The notes under the pieces are model-generated. The model was not told where the DNA came from and did no database searches. It saw only the letters and a program-made list of their open reading frames with translations. This document shows positions 26,012 through 38,822 of a stretch of DNA of 64,000 nt, in pieces. How positions within the stretch are numbered: position 1 is the stretch's first letter; every line of letters begins with the position of its first letter. This DNA is from Guillardia theta CCMP2712 (taxonomy: Eukaryota > Protista > Cryptophyta). The stretch spans positions 104,164-168,163 of the forward strand of contig NW_005434656.1 of the NCBI RefSeq assembly GCF_000315625.1, read 5' to 3'. Position numbers and translations under genes: made by a program.

Positions 26012-27736
26012 TCATTTGCGCGAGAAGAAATTCCCCACAGTGTCTTTGATCCATCCCATCCCCCACCCTCCTCCTGCAGGGCGTTGAGGTGGTTTCTGTT
26101 CCAGCTCATCCAAGTACCGCTGGATCTCTGCCTTTGCTTCCTTTGCCTTGCTCTCCCGGTCGCTCGCCGCCTTAGCTCCACTGTCCTTCGCTCCTGATGA
26201 CAAGTTTGACCTGTCAGCTGCTGCTGCTGCTGCTCCCTGACACTGCGAACCTCCAGCCCCTCCGTCCTCCCCGTCATCTAGTCCTCGCGCTAGAGTGCTG
26301 GACCAGATCTTCTTCTGCTTCTCAGTAGCTTCTCTCTCCTTCTCTCGCAGGAAGTTCAGTTCCCTCCTGACATCCTTGTTGGAGGGTTCGAGCTTGAGCG
26401 CCTCCGACATGTCGTCCTTGGCCTTGTCAAGATCCCCCATCTCCGCCTTCTTCCTCCACGCCAGTGACCTCGCCAGACCTCTGCGGTACAACGCTTTCAC
26501 TTTGTCAGCCTGGCACAAGGTCAGCTTGCTCGTCGGCTGTTTCTCCTTTCACCTCGTTCAGTCCGGCCTGCTGGGTTTTGAAGCTGCACGCGACTGTTAA
26601 AGAAAGGACTGAACATCAGAAACTTACAGGTTCAGCACTTCCGTGCAGTTCCTGCACCACTCCAAGTCAGATGTGTGGGAAATGACGTCGGAGCCAAATG
26701 TGAAAAGATCAGAGCATGTTGTCATGTTGGGACGAATCATCGAGCCCTTTCGTTTCATCACGTTCTTTGTCTAGTTGCATTTTGAAGTTTCCCGTAGGCC
26801 ACACGGAGCAAATGATCATGCTCAGCTGCTCTCTCAGACAAGGACGAGAGGGCGGAGAGGTACTCACTCGATCGCTTCCTTGAATCTTTGATCGACATTG
26901 GGAAGAGGGTTCTTTATCGGTTCATACGAATCCTGCGGAGCGTCAGATGCAAACTCCACAAGATTTCACAACCTTGAGCAGACAGAGGGCATAGTTCAAA
27001 CGAAGAGGAACAACAATCTTGACGACTTCGACGCGGTGGGTGTCTTGCAGCTCGAAGTTGAACTAGATACGTGACACAGTTAGGGCTGCAGTAGGGCGGA
27101 TAAACAACAAACTTGCGACTCATCGAACACGCTGTAGTACAAGCCTTTCCGGTAGAGCACTGCTGCTTCAGAGAACTGACCTGAGCAGAATAAATCGTCA
27201 GCAGGCAGAGAATCATAACAGAGTCAGATCAGCAAGATGCCTTCTTTGAACAGCTCGTTGCCCTGCTGCTTGAGTTGCTCTCCTTCAAAGCGTAAAATGT
27301 AAACAACAGACACCACAGCACACTTGCCCACCTTCTTTGATCCTGTACTCAAAGAACATGTCTTGCTTCTTCCAGTCGTCCGGGCCCTGTGAGCGTATGA
27401 GACGGCAGCGCAACGGGACATACCATGACAATCAAAACAACACCAGCAACAGCTCCCCCTCGTCTTTGACAGGGAGGCGGTCTTCCGGATAGATCCTACA
27501 TCATCGCCATGAGACAAAGAGAGCATGATCAGCAAAGGGTCACAGGTCCATGGCGAGCTGTTGGTCGGCGAAAGTTCCGCGCACGCACCTGCACTCTTCA
27601 GATCGAATCGACATGGCAAAGACTATCCTCACCCATCCATGACTATTGGTCGATTCATGGCGTCACGCTCGTACTGTTTGGGGGCAGGAGCGACTCCCTT
27701 CGATGATCCACCGATATCCTCTCTTACATTCTCCAT
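26012..27736 (-). CDS. TPR-domain co-chaperone-like protein (FKBP/Cyp40-type TPR), 5' end uncertain
   Basis: GEQLKQQGNELFKE and KVKALYRRGLAR...AKDDMSEALKLEPSNKDVRREL are carboxylate-clamp TPR signatures. Confidence 0.72.
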
Positions 27737-28284
27737 CGCCACGTTGGCTGCAACCGCAGGGACAAGTTACTTCACTGAACTACTCTTGCCACAAACATTT
27801 GCACGGTAAAGAGCAACATCACTCGCTCTCATCCTCTTCCTCTGTCAACCCTCGTCGTCTTCCTCTTCCTCCTCGTCTCCTATCCCTCTCGTCCCTCCAT
27901 CCTCCTCCTTGACCTCTCGCTCTTCTCTTCCTTCCACTGCCATGGTGGCCCCATAAAAGCAGAACCGGCTTGGTTGCTCTTTACCACATACAAGCAGGTG
28001 ACAAGGATGAACTTCTGTCTTTTTGTATCATTAGTAGCTGACCCGAGGTGAGCTTGTCTTTTAGTGATCTTGTTGTGGCGAAATGGCCTGAAGATGGACG
28101 AAACCAACAGCAACTGGTTGACAGGTAGAGAGAGGAGGGGAGGGGAGGGGAGGGGAATGGAGGAGAAGCAAGATCATGCTGGATTCTTATGCTCGAGATT
28201 GAATCACTGACGTAGACGTTGATGAAGTGTTCCGTTCAAGAGGATGTTTTCATTTTTCAACTTGTGAAGGAATACTTCCGCAGG

Positions 28285-29819
28285 TTGCTTGCTTTATGCT
28301 GGAGGATCGATAACCGTAAACCTGGCCCAAATCATCATCAAATTATCACATCTTGATCAAGATCATGGAACAAGGTGATGCTGGATAGGAGAAAGTTGTA
28401 GAATGGGATTTTGATCTATAAGCTATTCAGGAAGTTGTGTGGCTGCTGTTGCAGCTCATTCATGTGGTGGTTCGGAGTCGTGTTGTTTGGAGCAGGCGAT
28501 GTGTTGAATGTGATCGGATTAAATTACGCTGCGCAATCCTTGCTCGAAGCGTTCGGCTCCATCCAATTCGTCTCCAACTTGTGGTATAGGATAAACTTTG
28601 TAGATGATTGCTTTGCTTGGCTGACGGTATTCACAGCTTTAGCACGTTTATCTTGCATGAAAACGTCCAACGACGGCATGTCGTTTCTACTTGTCTCATC
28701 ATTGCTGGAAACATCTGCATCGTGGCGTGGGGAGACCACAAGAACAAGAAGATAACTCTGAGCAGGCTGGAAGAACTAGCGGGGACTACAGCATTCATTG
28801 TGTATATTTCTATCATATACCCGATGGCGATTTGCATTTACATCCTTGAGATATATTTGCAAAGGATGAAACACAGGAATTCACACGACCGATCAAACTT
28901 GCAAGCGATATGCTTCGTCTTATCGTCAGCGATGATTGGCGCCAACTCAGTCGTTGTGCTCAAGGCTCTGGTGAATTGTTTTCCACCTTGACATCTTGAC
29001 GATGATGTTTATTCTCTCTAGTCTGGTCTGTTGCATACATACATTGAAGACTTCTACGGGAAAGACGGGAAGATCCCAGGGAAAGTTGTCATCGGGGTGA
29101 CGATCGTGTCGATCTTTGGAGTTTTGCACATCAGCTTTTGGCTGTACCGTTTGAACCTGGCACTCAAACGCTACTCAGCGCTGTTTGTAGTGCCACTGAT
29201 GCAGGAATGCACGACCTGCTGTTGAACTTCACTCGCCCTCTGATTCTCTTACTGGCAGGCTTCCTGGATTGTTTTCACCGTCACCAGCGGTGGAATTTTT
29301 TTCGGAGAGTTCGCAGATCTCGGTGCTCGTCAGGTGACAGCTCCATCAACCCGTTGGCCTATGTTGCATATCTGTGACGTTCTGCGAAAGATTATGGGGT
29401 TTACAGTTGGAGTCGTGCTGGTGCTGTTCGGAGTTTCAGTGCTGATCCCCTCTAGGTAATTTTTAGTGTTTGGTGGCGATGATTGACCGGGATCCATTCA
29501 GTCGTCAAGAGGAGATGTCCCATTGCGATCAGTGCTCTGTCAGCGAAGAACAAGTCGGGCTGCTGCATGAAAGTGGTTTGTTCTTGTCCCTCTCCTGTGA
29601 CTTGTTGAAGACGAAAGGGCAGGCAAACTTTCAAGCGGTGAGTGTCAAACAATCTTCGCATTGATCAAGAAGGAGCATGTGATGTACGAAAGATCACATG
29701 AAGAGCAGCAGGCACGAAGCTTTTTACAGCGCTTAAACCGGTCTGTACATGGCTGGGTTCCTACTCTACATGTCGATATTGAAGACTTTGAACAGATGGC
29801 TGGACCAACAGATTTGTAG
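28285..29819 (+). CDS. NIPA-family Mg2+ transporter (DMT superfamily), start uncertain
   Basis: WWFGVVLFGAGDVLNVIGLNYAAQSLLEAFGSIQFVSN, SSAMIGANSVVVLK, LNLALKRYSALFVVPLMQ and SGGIFFGEF. Confidence 0.83.
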
Positions 29820-30037
29820 ATGAAGTTCACCTTCCTGACTAACCACGTGTTGTACTATATACTATTTTCGAATAGAGGGGAAAAATTGAGTTCAAATCCG
29901 TAAGCTGTCTACTTACATTGATAAAGATTTTAGCGGAAGCAGAAGTCAGCAGGATAGAGATTCAGGGGCTCTAAACAAATCACCAGGAGCCAACAATAGG
30001 GGCCGCGCACGGGTTCCTGCACTGGCTACTCGAAGTC

Positions 30038-31797
30038 ATGCCGGTGGCAGCGGGGACGAGGAGCTGCGGCAACAAGGAAGAGAAGAAGCCAGCTAGCGGC
30101 TCAGTCGAGCCTGTAGCAGCGCACAAGTCAACAAGCAACGAGATGTGAGTTTGTTGTAGATCATTCGAATTTAATTTGACCACCCCTTAAAACATAAAGG
30201 AAAGTTGAGGTGGGGTGGTCGCTGGAATGGAACCATGGGTGCACGGAGCAGTGGAGGCGCCATGGGACGTTGACCCCAAGAGGCTCCTGCAGGCGATGGT
30301 CGAGTTAGAAGCGTCAAGTGCGTGACATGGTTGTTGTCAGGCTGTTTCTTCATTGTCAGTCTCGTCAACACAGCATGAAGTGGACAAGGCTTCTGGGGTT
30401 TCCCGGCATGCGTCCTTGGCAGGGATATCAAGGTGCTGTCGGAGTTATGTCGATCAAGCCATGATCTTGCTCAATCATCTTGCACAGTGAGGTGCCGTCA
30501 AAGCGAGCTGCAACTCCAGGAAGAGTCGTCGCTACTCCAAGTGAGAAGCTGCCTTTCTTGAATAGGTCTCTGTGATTCTTTTCTGCCATGCAGGGGCGAA
30601 GAGCGCAAATGAGGCTATCAGGAGGTAGATATGAGACGTGACGTCTCATGTTGACATTCTCTGTTTCTGCTCCGTCCAGGAATGTTTCGGTCCGAGTGCC
30701 TCCCGATCAACTACGAAGAATGTTTGTTGACCAGGTACAAGCACATGCGCGTTGATCGTGGGCTCGTTCATTCGAGCGTCTCCCAGGCTCTGTCGTATCT
30801 CGGTGTACCATATTCCAAAGGCCAAGGAAATGTTGGGAACAAGTATTCACGGCTGCTGAAGCAAATCGCCCCGGTGCGAGGAGGGGAAGCTACAGAGTCC
30901 ATTTGTTGAATCCTGTCCAGGCCGCAGGAGCACATGATAGACCGAACTTGTTTCTGGACTGCTCAGGCATGTCTTGCACTGTTGCACTGGAGCTTTTTTT
31001 TTTCCTCTCTGTTGATCTGACATGTCACGACAGCTCTTGTTCGACAATGTGTGTATGATCTTCGGGTGGGTGACTGAAGAGACCAGCATGCTCTGCCTGC
31101 CGCGGTTCTCACCTTGTCCTCAGAGCTTCTTCGGGTTCGTCATCGGGGGATGGAATCAATCGTATCAGGCAACCTGGTTGCTCCTCACGTGTCAATGTGA
31201 AAGTTCGTGCAGTTCGACACCCTCCCGCTTGTGGCAACCAGTGTAGAAGAGCTGCAGATCGGGGATTTGATATTCATTTCAGGTGTACCATCTGTGCACG
31301 GTTGCAAGAAGAAACGATCTTGACTTGTTCATGCAGGAATTTACTTCGATACCAAGAGAATCCCGAAGCCGCATAACATGACGTGAGACGTTGGAATCCA
31401 TCTCGGTTACCATGCGGCTCATTGCTCGATGACGCAGCCATGTCGAAATATATTTCCCATCGCAAGACAACAAAGAGCAGACGATTGGCTCGCGCTACAA
31501 ACACAGCTGTGTACAGGTAAACCCTTTCCCATGCTGTATCAAGAAACAAACAGTCATGTGGTTTTGAAGGTGCATCAAAGTTACAAATTTGAGAGCAAGA
31601 CTTATCACAGGTTGGTCCCACATGTTTCGTCTTGACCTCTCTGATCTACAGCAGCATGAAGTATCATTTCAGAAAGATCGACACATGGCTCGAAGGAGAA
31701 TGTGAGCCCTTGTTCGTGCTCTACCATGATCCCCTGATCAACACGCATGTCGGCAGGTCGTAGTCATTGTCAGGAGCATCGATGGCAGAACGGCTGA
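30038..31797 (+). CDS. NlpC/P60 (papain-like) peptidase, eukaryotic type, in ~15 micro-exons
   Basis: Manual splicing gives ALSYLGVPYSK...LFLDCSALVRQCVYDLR-SFFGFVIGGWNQSYQ-FDTLP...ELQIGDLIFISGIY...HNMTHVEIY...TIGSR...YKFESKTYH-SMKYHFRKIDTWLEGEC. The catalytic Cys and His motifs are present. Confidence 0.8.
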
Positions 31798-32002
31798 CAG
31801 CTCAATATCCTTCACCTGCTATATCATGCATAGTGTTGGGAAGTGTTCTATGTATCTTCGATCAGTAAAGAGCCAGCCATTGTAGCACGTTTGTCCCGCC
31901 CCGCAGCATTTTCGCAAGTAGCCCTGAAGTTTGTGGGTTCCCCCCTCCGGTCTACCGGCATTGTGGTTCCTCGATTGGATGGATGTCAAACCGCCCGCTG
32001 GG

Positions 32003-35000
32003 ATGGCGGCATGGCGGCGGATAGTCGTGCTGTTGCTGCTCGTCATGTACGCGATGGAAGGACGTGGTCTTCCTGCCATCTTGTTGGGAGGGTCGATAAC
32101 ATGGCGGCTCGATGATAACTATGAGAACAATGGCATCATGTACTTTAAGGCTCATACCTTCTTCAACAGGGATGATTTCAGCACCTACACCTTGAACTTG
32201 TACCAGGTTGTGACAAACCCGACTGTTTCCTTTGATGTGGAGGAGATCATGGGTAGCATTAGAGTAGCCATGGTGAAGAAGACTGAAATCATCAATCAGT
32301 ATTTCCCGAACAATTTCAGGGTCGTTTTCATGGATAGCAATGTGGTCGAGGGTGAATATGAGTTTCCTGTTCAAGTGCAGGACGGATCGCTATCAGTCTC
32401 TGCAATGCTGGTGTGGAAGATCAATGGTGTCTTCACCAACATAACATATTCTGCGGGGCAAGATGTCAGCGCTGGATTGATGAGCAGGTGCAAAACGACA
32501 GGGGCCACCTCCGTTCCATGCATCATGAACTGGGATTACATTGATATGCCTCCTGCAAGCGACTTCATGCTGTCCACGACTTTTGTATTGCCTCAAGGGA
32601 ACTTCTCGCTTGTTCGCGACCAGCAGGTCAAGAACAGAAACTCTCCCAAGGCTCTTGTAAGAGGATGGATTTCACTCAACCCGAGCAACAACATAATTCA
32701 GGTCAAACGTGTTCGGCAGCCCCTTGCTGATCTTCTCTTCTCCTCCAGGTTCCTCTCTTTGACCTAGACGGAAATTCTCTCCATCCCTACACTTTTGGAA
32801 GGTCATGAATCTTTGCGTCCTTTCTTGTTTGTTTGCGATGTGACAAGATTCAATTCAGTACTGTTGCAAGCTCGGGACTGAAGGCGATTCGCTGCCAACG
32901 AGATGGCTCAGTGTTCACAACACTTGGCTGCGGAGTAGATAAAGTACTTTGTTTTGTGACTTCTGTTTGCCGTTGATGTAATCACTCATGTAACAGACTG
33001 CAAATTATGAGAACAAACCCGATTCCATGTACGAGGGAAATCTATATTATTTCGACTTCACCGATAAGGTATTCCTGTGAAGCTAGAAATTTCTGCGATG
33101 ATCCTTTACTGCCAGGCATTGCCAGAAAATACCCGATTCGTGTTCTCTATTGCCATGTACGAACTGGTTGATGTGTAGCGCTTCCTTTGTTGAGCGAGGC
33201 TTCGCAGGTATTGCAAAGATGACTTTGAAAACATCATCACTTTCATCTTCAACGTGAACCTACAACTCCCGAACTCCCCGCAAAAAAATGCTCCAGAGTT
33301 CATCACTGTTGACAAATCCGTGAGAGCTCAAGTTTGTCTTCCGTTTAGAGAAGTGATGTATTGCAACAGGGCCAGATAACAAGAAGTCGGCCTCAGACGA
33401 ATTTTGAGTGCAAGTGGAATGAGAAATGCTCGTTTGTTGTGTATGCTGCCATGTTCACAAGTACAGTGGCTTCAGGTTCCTGATTCCATCATGGTCTGTT
33501 GAGAAAGCACCTTCCTTACATTCCATCAGACTTGACTGTAATGCCAAATGCCGTGGTTGACATAGCCCAAGATGGACCGATTGGTGAGGATTTCTCTTGT
33601 TTTCATTCCCATCGTCCTTATCACGACTCCCCCTCTCCTCCTACATCCGCTCTCTCCCCTTGTAATTACCTCTGGCTCACATCCACTACAGCTGTGGTTG
33701 AGTCCTCGACGACGATCAATACCATCTCCATCAACCAGTTTGCTACGGTGAGTTCATGATAAGGAGGATAGCCTGGTTGATTTTTGCGGTCAGATTGGAC
33801 CAGCGGTCTCTATAGGAGGAGGCGTCACAGCTCGGAACGTGTCTTTCGGACGCTCTTCGACGTCGTTTTCATCGTTTGAACAGGTGAAATCATCGCGTTG
33901 CAATTTGGCTCTAGAATTTTGACGCGATCTTTAGAGGGACATTGGATTGTTCAGAGTAGTGTGTTTCAGGGCAAGCACCTCCTCTGTTCTAGGCAGACAT
34001 TCTGAGTAGTCTCACTTTCGTTGAGCCCGTGCTGCCTGCAGCCTTCAACGGCGTCCCGATAAGCGCAACGTCAGGACCCTTGTGCTTCAAAGTGAAAGTC
34101 GGAGGTCAGGTCTAAGGTCCTCCTTCGTTCCTGACCCTTCTTCAAGGGCATGCTCCTTCCTTCATTCCTCCCACTCCCCCTATGGATAGAAATCTGCCGA
34201 TCCAATACGATCAGGTGAAGAGATCTTGTCCCATGTTTGTATCTGACAAGTGGCTCGTCCTGGTTCGGTCCTGCTGCTCCTTGTTGCTCCTGGATACTCT
34301 CCGCTTGCCTCCTTCTGCGGTTTCTCTCGATCACCGCTTCCCTCCTCTCTCTTCTCCTCCTCTAGATCACTCCGGTGCCTGTCTGTTACAACGCGCTGGT
34401 CACGTTCACTATCAAGGCATCGGACCAAGACAAGTAGACCGATAGAGATGATTGTTGATGTGTTATGACCTGGGTGACAATAGTGGTGATCTTGTCTCCA
34501 TCAACACTGTCGACGTCGGTTTGTCGCCTGAGTTTCCCTTGGTTTCTTGCTTCACAACCTCACAGGAACCGATGGAACGAGTTTGTTTTCCGCGCCATAT
34601 TTTGCTACAAAGGTTTGAAGAGGAGAAGTGAGAGAGGGAGAGCAGAGAGGAAGGGCAGCATGGGGAAGGAGAGCAGAGGGAGAGAGAGGAGAGGGGAGGG
34701 ATAGAGAGGAGAGGAGCAGCGAAGGGAGGGAAGACTTCAAGATGGTTTGCATAATTGCAATGCTCTGTTTGTTCACCATTCTCATAGCAACTGAGGCTCG
34801 TTATTTCAACAGACGGGAAACTATCAAGGAGACTCAACAATAGCAGAAGTCATAGTTCAATACACGTTCTCAGGTGACCTCCTGAAAATGCTCAATAGCG
34901 ATTGTCAAGTGAACGCTATCCTCTATTTTGATTCACCCTCCTCGTCCTTCAGACTCGAGTGGAGTCGTCGTCGACCCTCTTACTCGACGAAAACTGTTTC

Positions 35001-37630
35001 CAAACTCTCGGGTGATCTGCAGGTGACTTGGAGATGTTTTCAAAACTTTGCACATTCTGAACTCCAAAGTTTCAATTTATCATGGCCCCGCCATTGTTCC
35101 TGTCTGAAATCTCCATTGATCTTTCAGTCTTTCACGTTATCTTTCATCCTCGTGAATGCTCTGACTATTTTCCTGCGACGATCAGCAACGCGTCCGATTC
35201 CTCTCTCTTCCAGTACCGTCGATGGGTTGGAAACACGACGGGAAATCTCCTCAGCCCACAGAAATGTCACAGCATCCTGGTATGCAAGGGAGGCTGAAGC
35301 AAAGGAGGACAGGAAGAGCAGTGAGGCAGAGGGCAGGGAGGGGAGCAAGAGAGAGGAGGAGAGTGTATGGTCTGTTGCTAAGATGGAGCAGTTTGAAGGT
35401 CCTCCGTACTTTGTTACAAGTGCCGGGGCCTTCTCTACTCCTTTCAACATGCTGCAGGTAACGGCAAAGCTATCACAGTCACCTTGCAGCTGACTTTTGG
35501 GGGTGGCAAGGGCTCGAGAGAGAATCGAACAGGGCAGCTGCAAGCTTGGATCAACAAAGAAATCAACTTCATGTTCTACGTAAGGACCCTCCTCCTCCTC
35601 CTCCCCTCCCCGCACCCTCTCCCCTTGTTTCCTCCTCTCCTCCTCCCCTCTCCTCCTCGACTCATGCCCTTACCATTGTCTTCCCTTTTTCCGTCCCCTC
35701 TCATTCATCTCTTTCTTGATCGATCCTCCTCATTTTGTGCAGGCTGAAGACACCAACCTAGTTGACTCAGTCAACATCTTCTTTCTCTCTGACCCCGGAA
35801 TTCCCAATAACGCTGTAGTCGGTCTGAGAGAAAGGTTGAAACGAGCAGGTCAAGTGAGACGATTTCATAGGTCCCAACACATGCCGAGCAAGGGTAGTCG
35901 ACGGGACATTATCGAATTGCTCGGCTGCCTTTCGGAACATTACGTGGTATGCTCTGGTCAATGTATTCGTTTCAGATTTTCCCCCTTCTTTCATTGTCAC
36001 ATTTTATTTCCTGTCATTCGAAATCTTTACATCTTTCACATCTCTTTTTCCATCCCCATCTTACCATCGTCTTTCCTCTCTACATTTCAATTTTTCCTCC
36101 TTGTCCTCCTCATCTCAATCGCCTCCTCCTCAAATTCTTCTCTTATCTCCTCCAAGGATTCCGCTACCCGAGCAAGCCAAGGACGGGGGGAAGTTCTGTG
36201 CGACAGTGCGAGACAGCTCCGTCAAGTGCATTCCTCCTCAATCGCCTGATCCTCGTGCAACTGTCTACGGTTGGTATGGCGAGGAACAGTGCGTCGAGGT
36301 AGCACTACTTCCCTCCTCCTCCTCCTCCTCCTCCTCCTCCTCCTCCTCCTCCTCCTCCTCCTCCTCCTATCCCTATCCTTATTTCTTGCCGTCTCCCTAT
36401 CGTTCCCCCTTCCCTTCCCCTCGCTCTCCCTTTTGCTCTCCCTTCCTCTTTTGGCATTCCTCTAGGAAATTCTCCACTCGCCTCGTCTCGTCGCCCCTCG
36501 CCTGTGTTTTCTTCTCAAATATACTCAGGTCACTGTTGTGGAGCCGAACCTGACCTGGACAGGAAGCTTTCTCCCGACTGCAGGCAAGCGACTTGAACGT
36601 GGTCAAGGAAGAGAAGGGATGCAAGGGCAGCAGGAGGAGGGGGCAGAGGGGGAGAGATGAAGGAGAGAGGACCAAGAAGCATGAGGAGTTGAGAGAGGCT
36701 CAAGGAGGAGGAGGATTGAGCTCTGACAGCAGCAGCAGACAGCGAGGGAAAATACTTCTTCCCCAAGAGGACTGCTGATGTGGGTTGCCGCTATGAGATC
36801 ACCCTGGAGGCGAAGGATGAGGCGTACATGGAGGGGAGAGATGGGTCGAGAATCTTATCACCCTACGTCCTCGAGATCAGATCGAACGGATCCCTTCCCA
36901 ACGGATCAAACTTGACCTCTCTCCTCATTAGCCGTCAAGCAAGGTTTGTCTTCCTCCTCCCTCCTCGACGTCTATTGATTCCTTTTCCTTCAGCTCTGTC
37001 TTCTACTTTAGCTTCCCGCGGGGTTATGAAGGTTCTACCCTTCGAGCATGCTTCGTTGCTGCCGAGGTAACCTCCTCACTACCTCCTCCTCCTCCTCCTC
37101 CTCCTCCTCCTCACTTCTCTACTTTCTCCTCATACGTTCATCTCCTCATCTTCTCCAACCTATCATGTTTCCCTTCCCCGTCTCCCGAGCCCCTTCGGCC
37201 TCTCCCTGCTCACCCCCAGCAGGTCACAGGCGCGAGCTCCCTGCCTCCTGCCTGTCTCGACATTGAAGTCGCTCGCTGCCGCTTCTGCATGCAGGAGGGT
37301 CAGAGCCTTGACTTCGTCTCCCGCCTCCTCTTTGCCGACTCCAACTGGCTTCGCCTCTGGGCAGTCAACGGCAACGACCACGGAGACCCTTCCTCCCTCA
37401 CCATCCTCGACCCCGAGAGGGTCCAAGTCGATCCCCGAGGGTCAGCCATCATGCTCGGCAACATCTACACCATGGAGCAGGAGGACACACTTTACTCGCT
37501 CGCCGCTTCCTTCCGCACAACCGTCAAGCTGCTCCTGGAGCTCAACCCGGACATCCGCGAGGTCAACGCCTCCCTCCTCGGCCAGCCCGTCTGCATAGTC
37601 CCCTGCACGGACAGCTACACTAACAGTTAG
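32003..37630 (+). CDS. Large secreted protein with C-terminal LysM domain(s), many exons
   Basis: Signal peptide MAAWRRIVVLLLLVMYAMEGRG, then LLGGSITWR. Last exon has CMQEGQSLDFVSRLL...WLRLWAVN (degenerate LysM) and YTMEQEDTLYSLAASFRTTVKLLLELNPDI...LGQPVCIVP (LysM). Central exons not fully traced. Confidence 0.72.
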
Positions 37631-37811
37631 AGGCCTGCAGACGACTTGCTGTCTTCCGTTGCTCCCTCCCCCTTCCACCTGCTCCCCTTCCATTCCTAAC
37701 CCGATGTCCTCCTCCTCCTCCTCCTCCTCCTCCTCCTCCTGCTCCTGCTCCTCCTCCTCCTGCATCCCTCTCTCCTCATATACAGTCTCAAATTCAGCTT
37801 TCAATGAAACC

Positions 37812-38738
37812 TCACAGCTCCTGCCTGCCAGCTAGCTCAGGCTCTACCGTCACAGGTTTCCAAGCAGCGACGGGGCTGAGATAATCAAACCAGATGCATC
37901 CCAAGCCGTAGAGCGCCTTCACCTTAGAGAGGAAGCCGAGCTTCGAGCCTGCCACGTCCCTCCACTCTTCCAGCGGATACTCGTAGATCACCTCCTCACA
38001 TGGCGGCTTGTGCCCTCCTCCTTCTCCTCCTCCTCGCAGCGAGATGAACCTGGCGATGAGCTCGACGTCGAAGATCCAGCCTGAAGTGAAGGGAGAGGAC
38101 AGCGCGTCTCGCAGGTCTTCCGTTGCTCGGAACATCTTCGCTCCGCACTGCGTGTCGTAGATCCGAAGGTTCAGCACGATGGACGCGAGGGTGGCGAACA
38201 CACGGCCGAGGTAATGGCGCGTGAACTGCCGCTGGATGTTCCTGCCGAGCAGAGCGACTCGGGCGCCGAAGACCATCTCGAGCTTCTCGTTCTCCTCCAA
38301 CTTGCGCATGAAGCGAGGGATCGTCTCGAGCGGCGTCGCCAGGTCCGCGTCCCAGAAGGCAACCACGTCCTCCCTCGTCAAATTCCTCGACAGCAGCACG
38401 TGAAGCATGCCCTTGCGAACGGCTTCCGCCTTGCCACCATTGACCTCCAGGTTGAAGACGGACATTCTCTGCGGTCGCTTTGCCGCGAGCTCTCGGAGAA
38501 CACGTAAAGTTCCGTCGCTGCTGCCATCGTTGACGAAAGTAAACAGCACGTCCTTGTTCGCTGCCTGGTCGACGAAGTCCAGGAAAACTTGCTGTGGAAG
38601 TCGGGTCTCCTCGTTGTAGCAAGGAACGACTATGTGAGCCTTGCCCTCACACAGAGCCAAGGAAGCCAGGAGCACCAGAGTAGCAACGAGGGCTGAAGAT
38701 CCGCAGGCAAGAACCGAGCAACTTCCATTCGCTACCAT
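37812..38738 (-). CDS. Family 2 glycosyltransferase (dolichyl-phosphate glucosyltransferase-like), intronless
   Basis: IVVPCYNEETRL, FVNDGSSDGT, NGGKAEAVRKG, FWDADLATP, RHYLGRVFAT, YDTQCGAKMF and WIFDVEL. N-terminal signal peptide; ends RQEL. Confidence 0.9.
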   Translation of the reverse strand: MVANGSCSVLACGSSALVATLVLLASLALCEGKAHIVVPCYNEETRLPQQVFLDFVDQAANKDVLFTFVNDGSSDGTLRVLRELAAKRPQRMSVFNLEVNGGKAEAVRKGMLHVLLSRNLTREDVVAFWDADLATPLETIPRFMRKLEENEKLEMVFGARVALLGRNIQRQFTRHYLGRVFATLASIVLNLRIYDTQCGAKMFRATEDLRDALSSPFTSGWIFDVELIARFISLRGGGEGGGHKPPCEEVIYEYPLEEWRDVAGSKLGFLSKVKALYGLGCIWFDYLSPVAAWKPVTVEPELAGRQEL

Positions 38739-38822
38739 CCCCTCTCTAAAGTTCGTGCCGCGAATGTATCACGAGGCAGGTCTTGGTCTTCTCTCCTCTT
38801 CCACTCTCCTCTTCCTCTGTTA

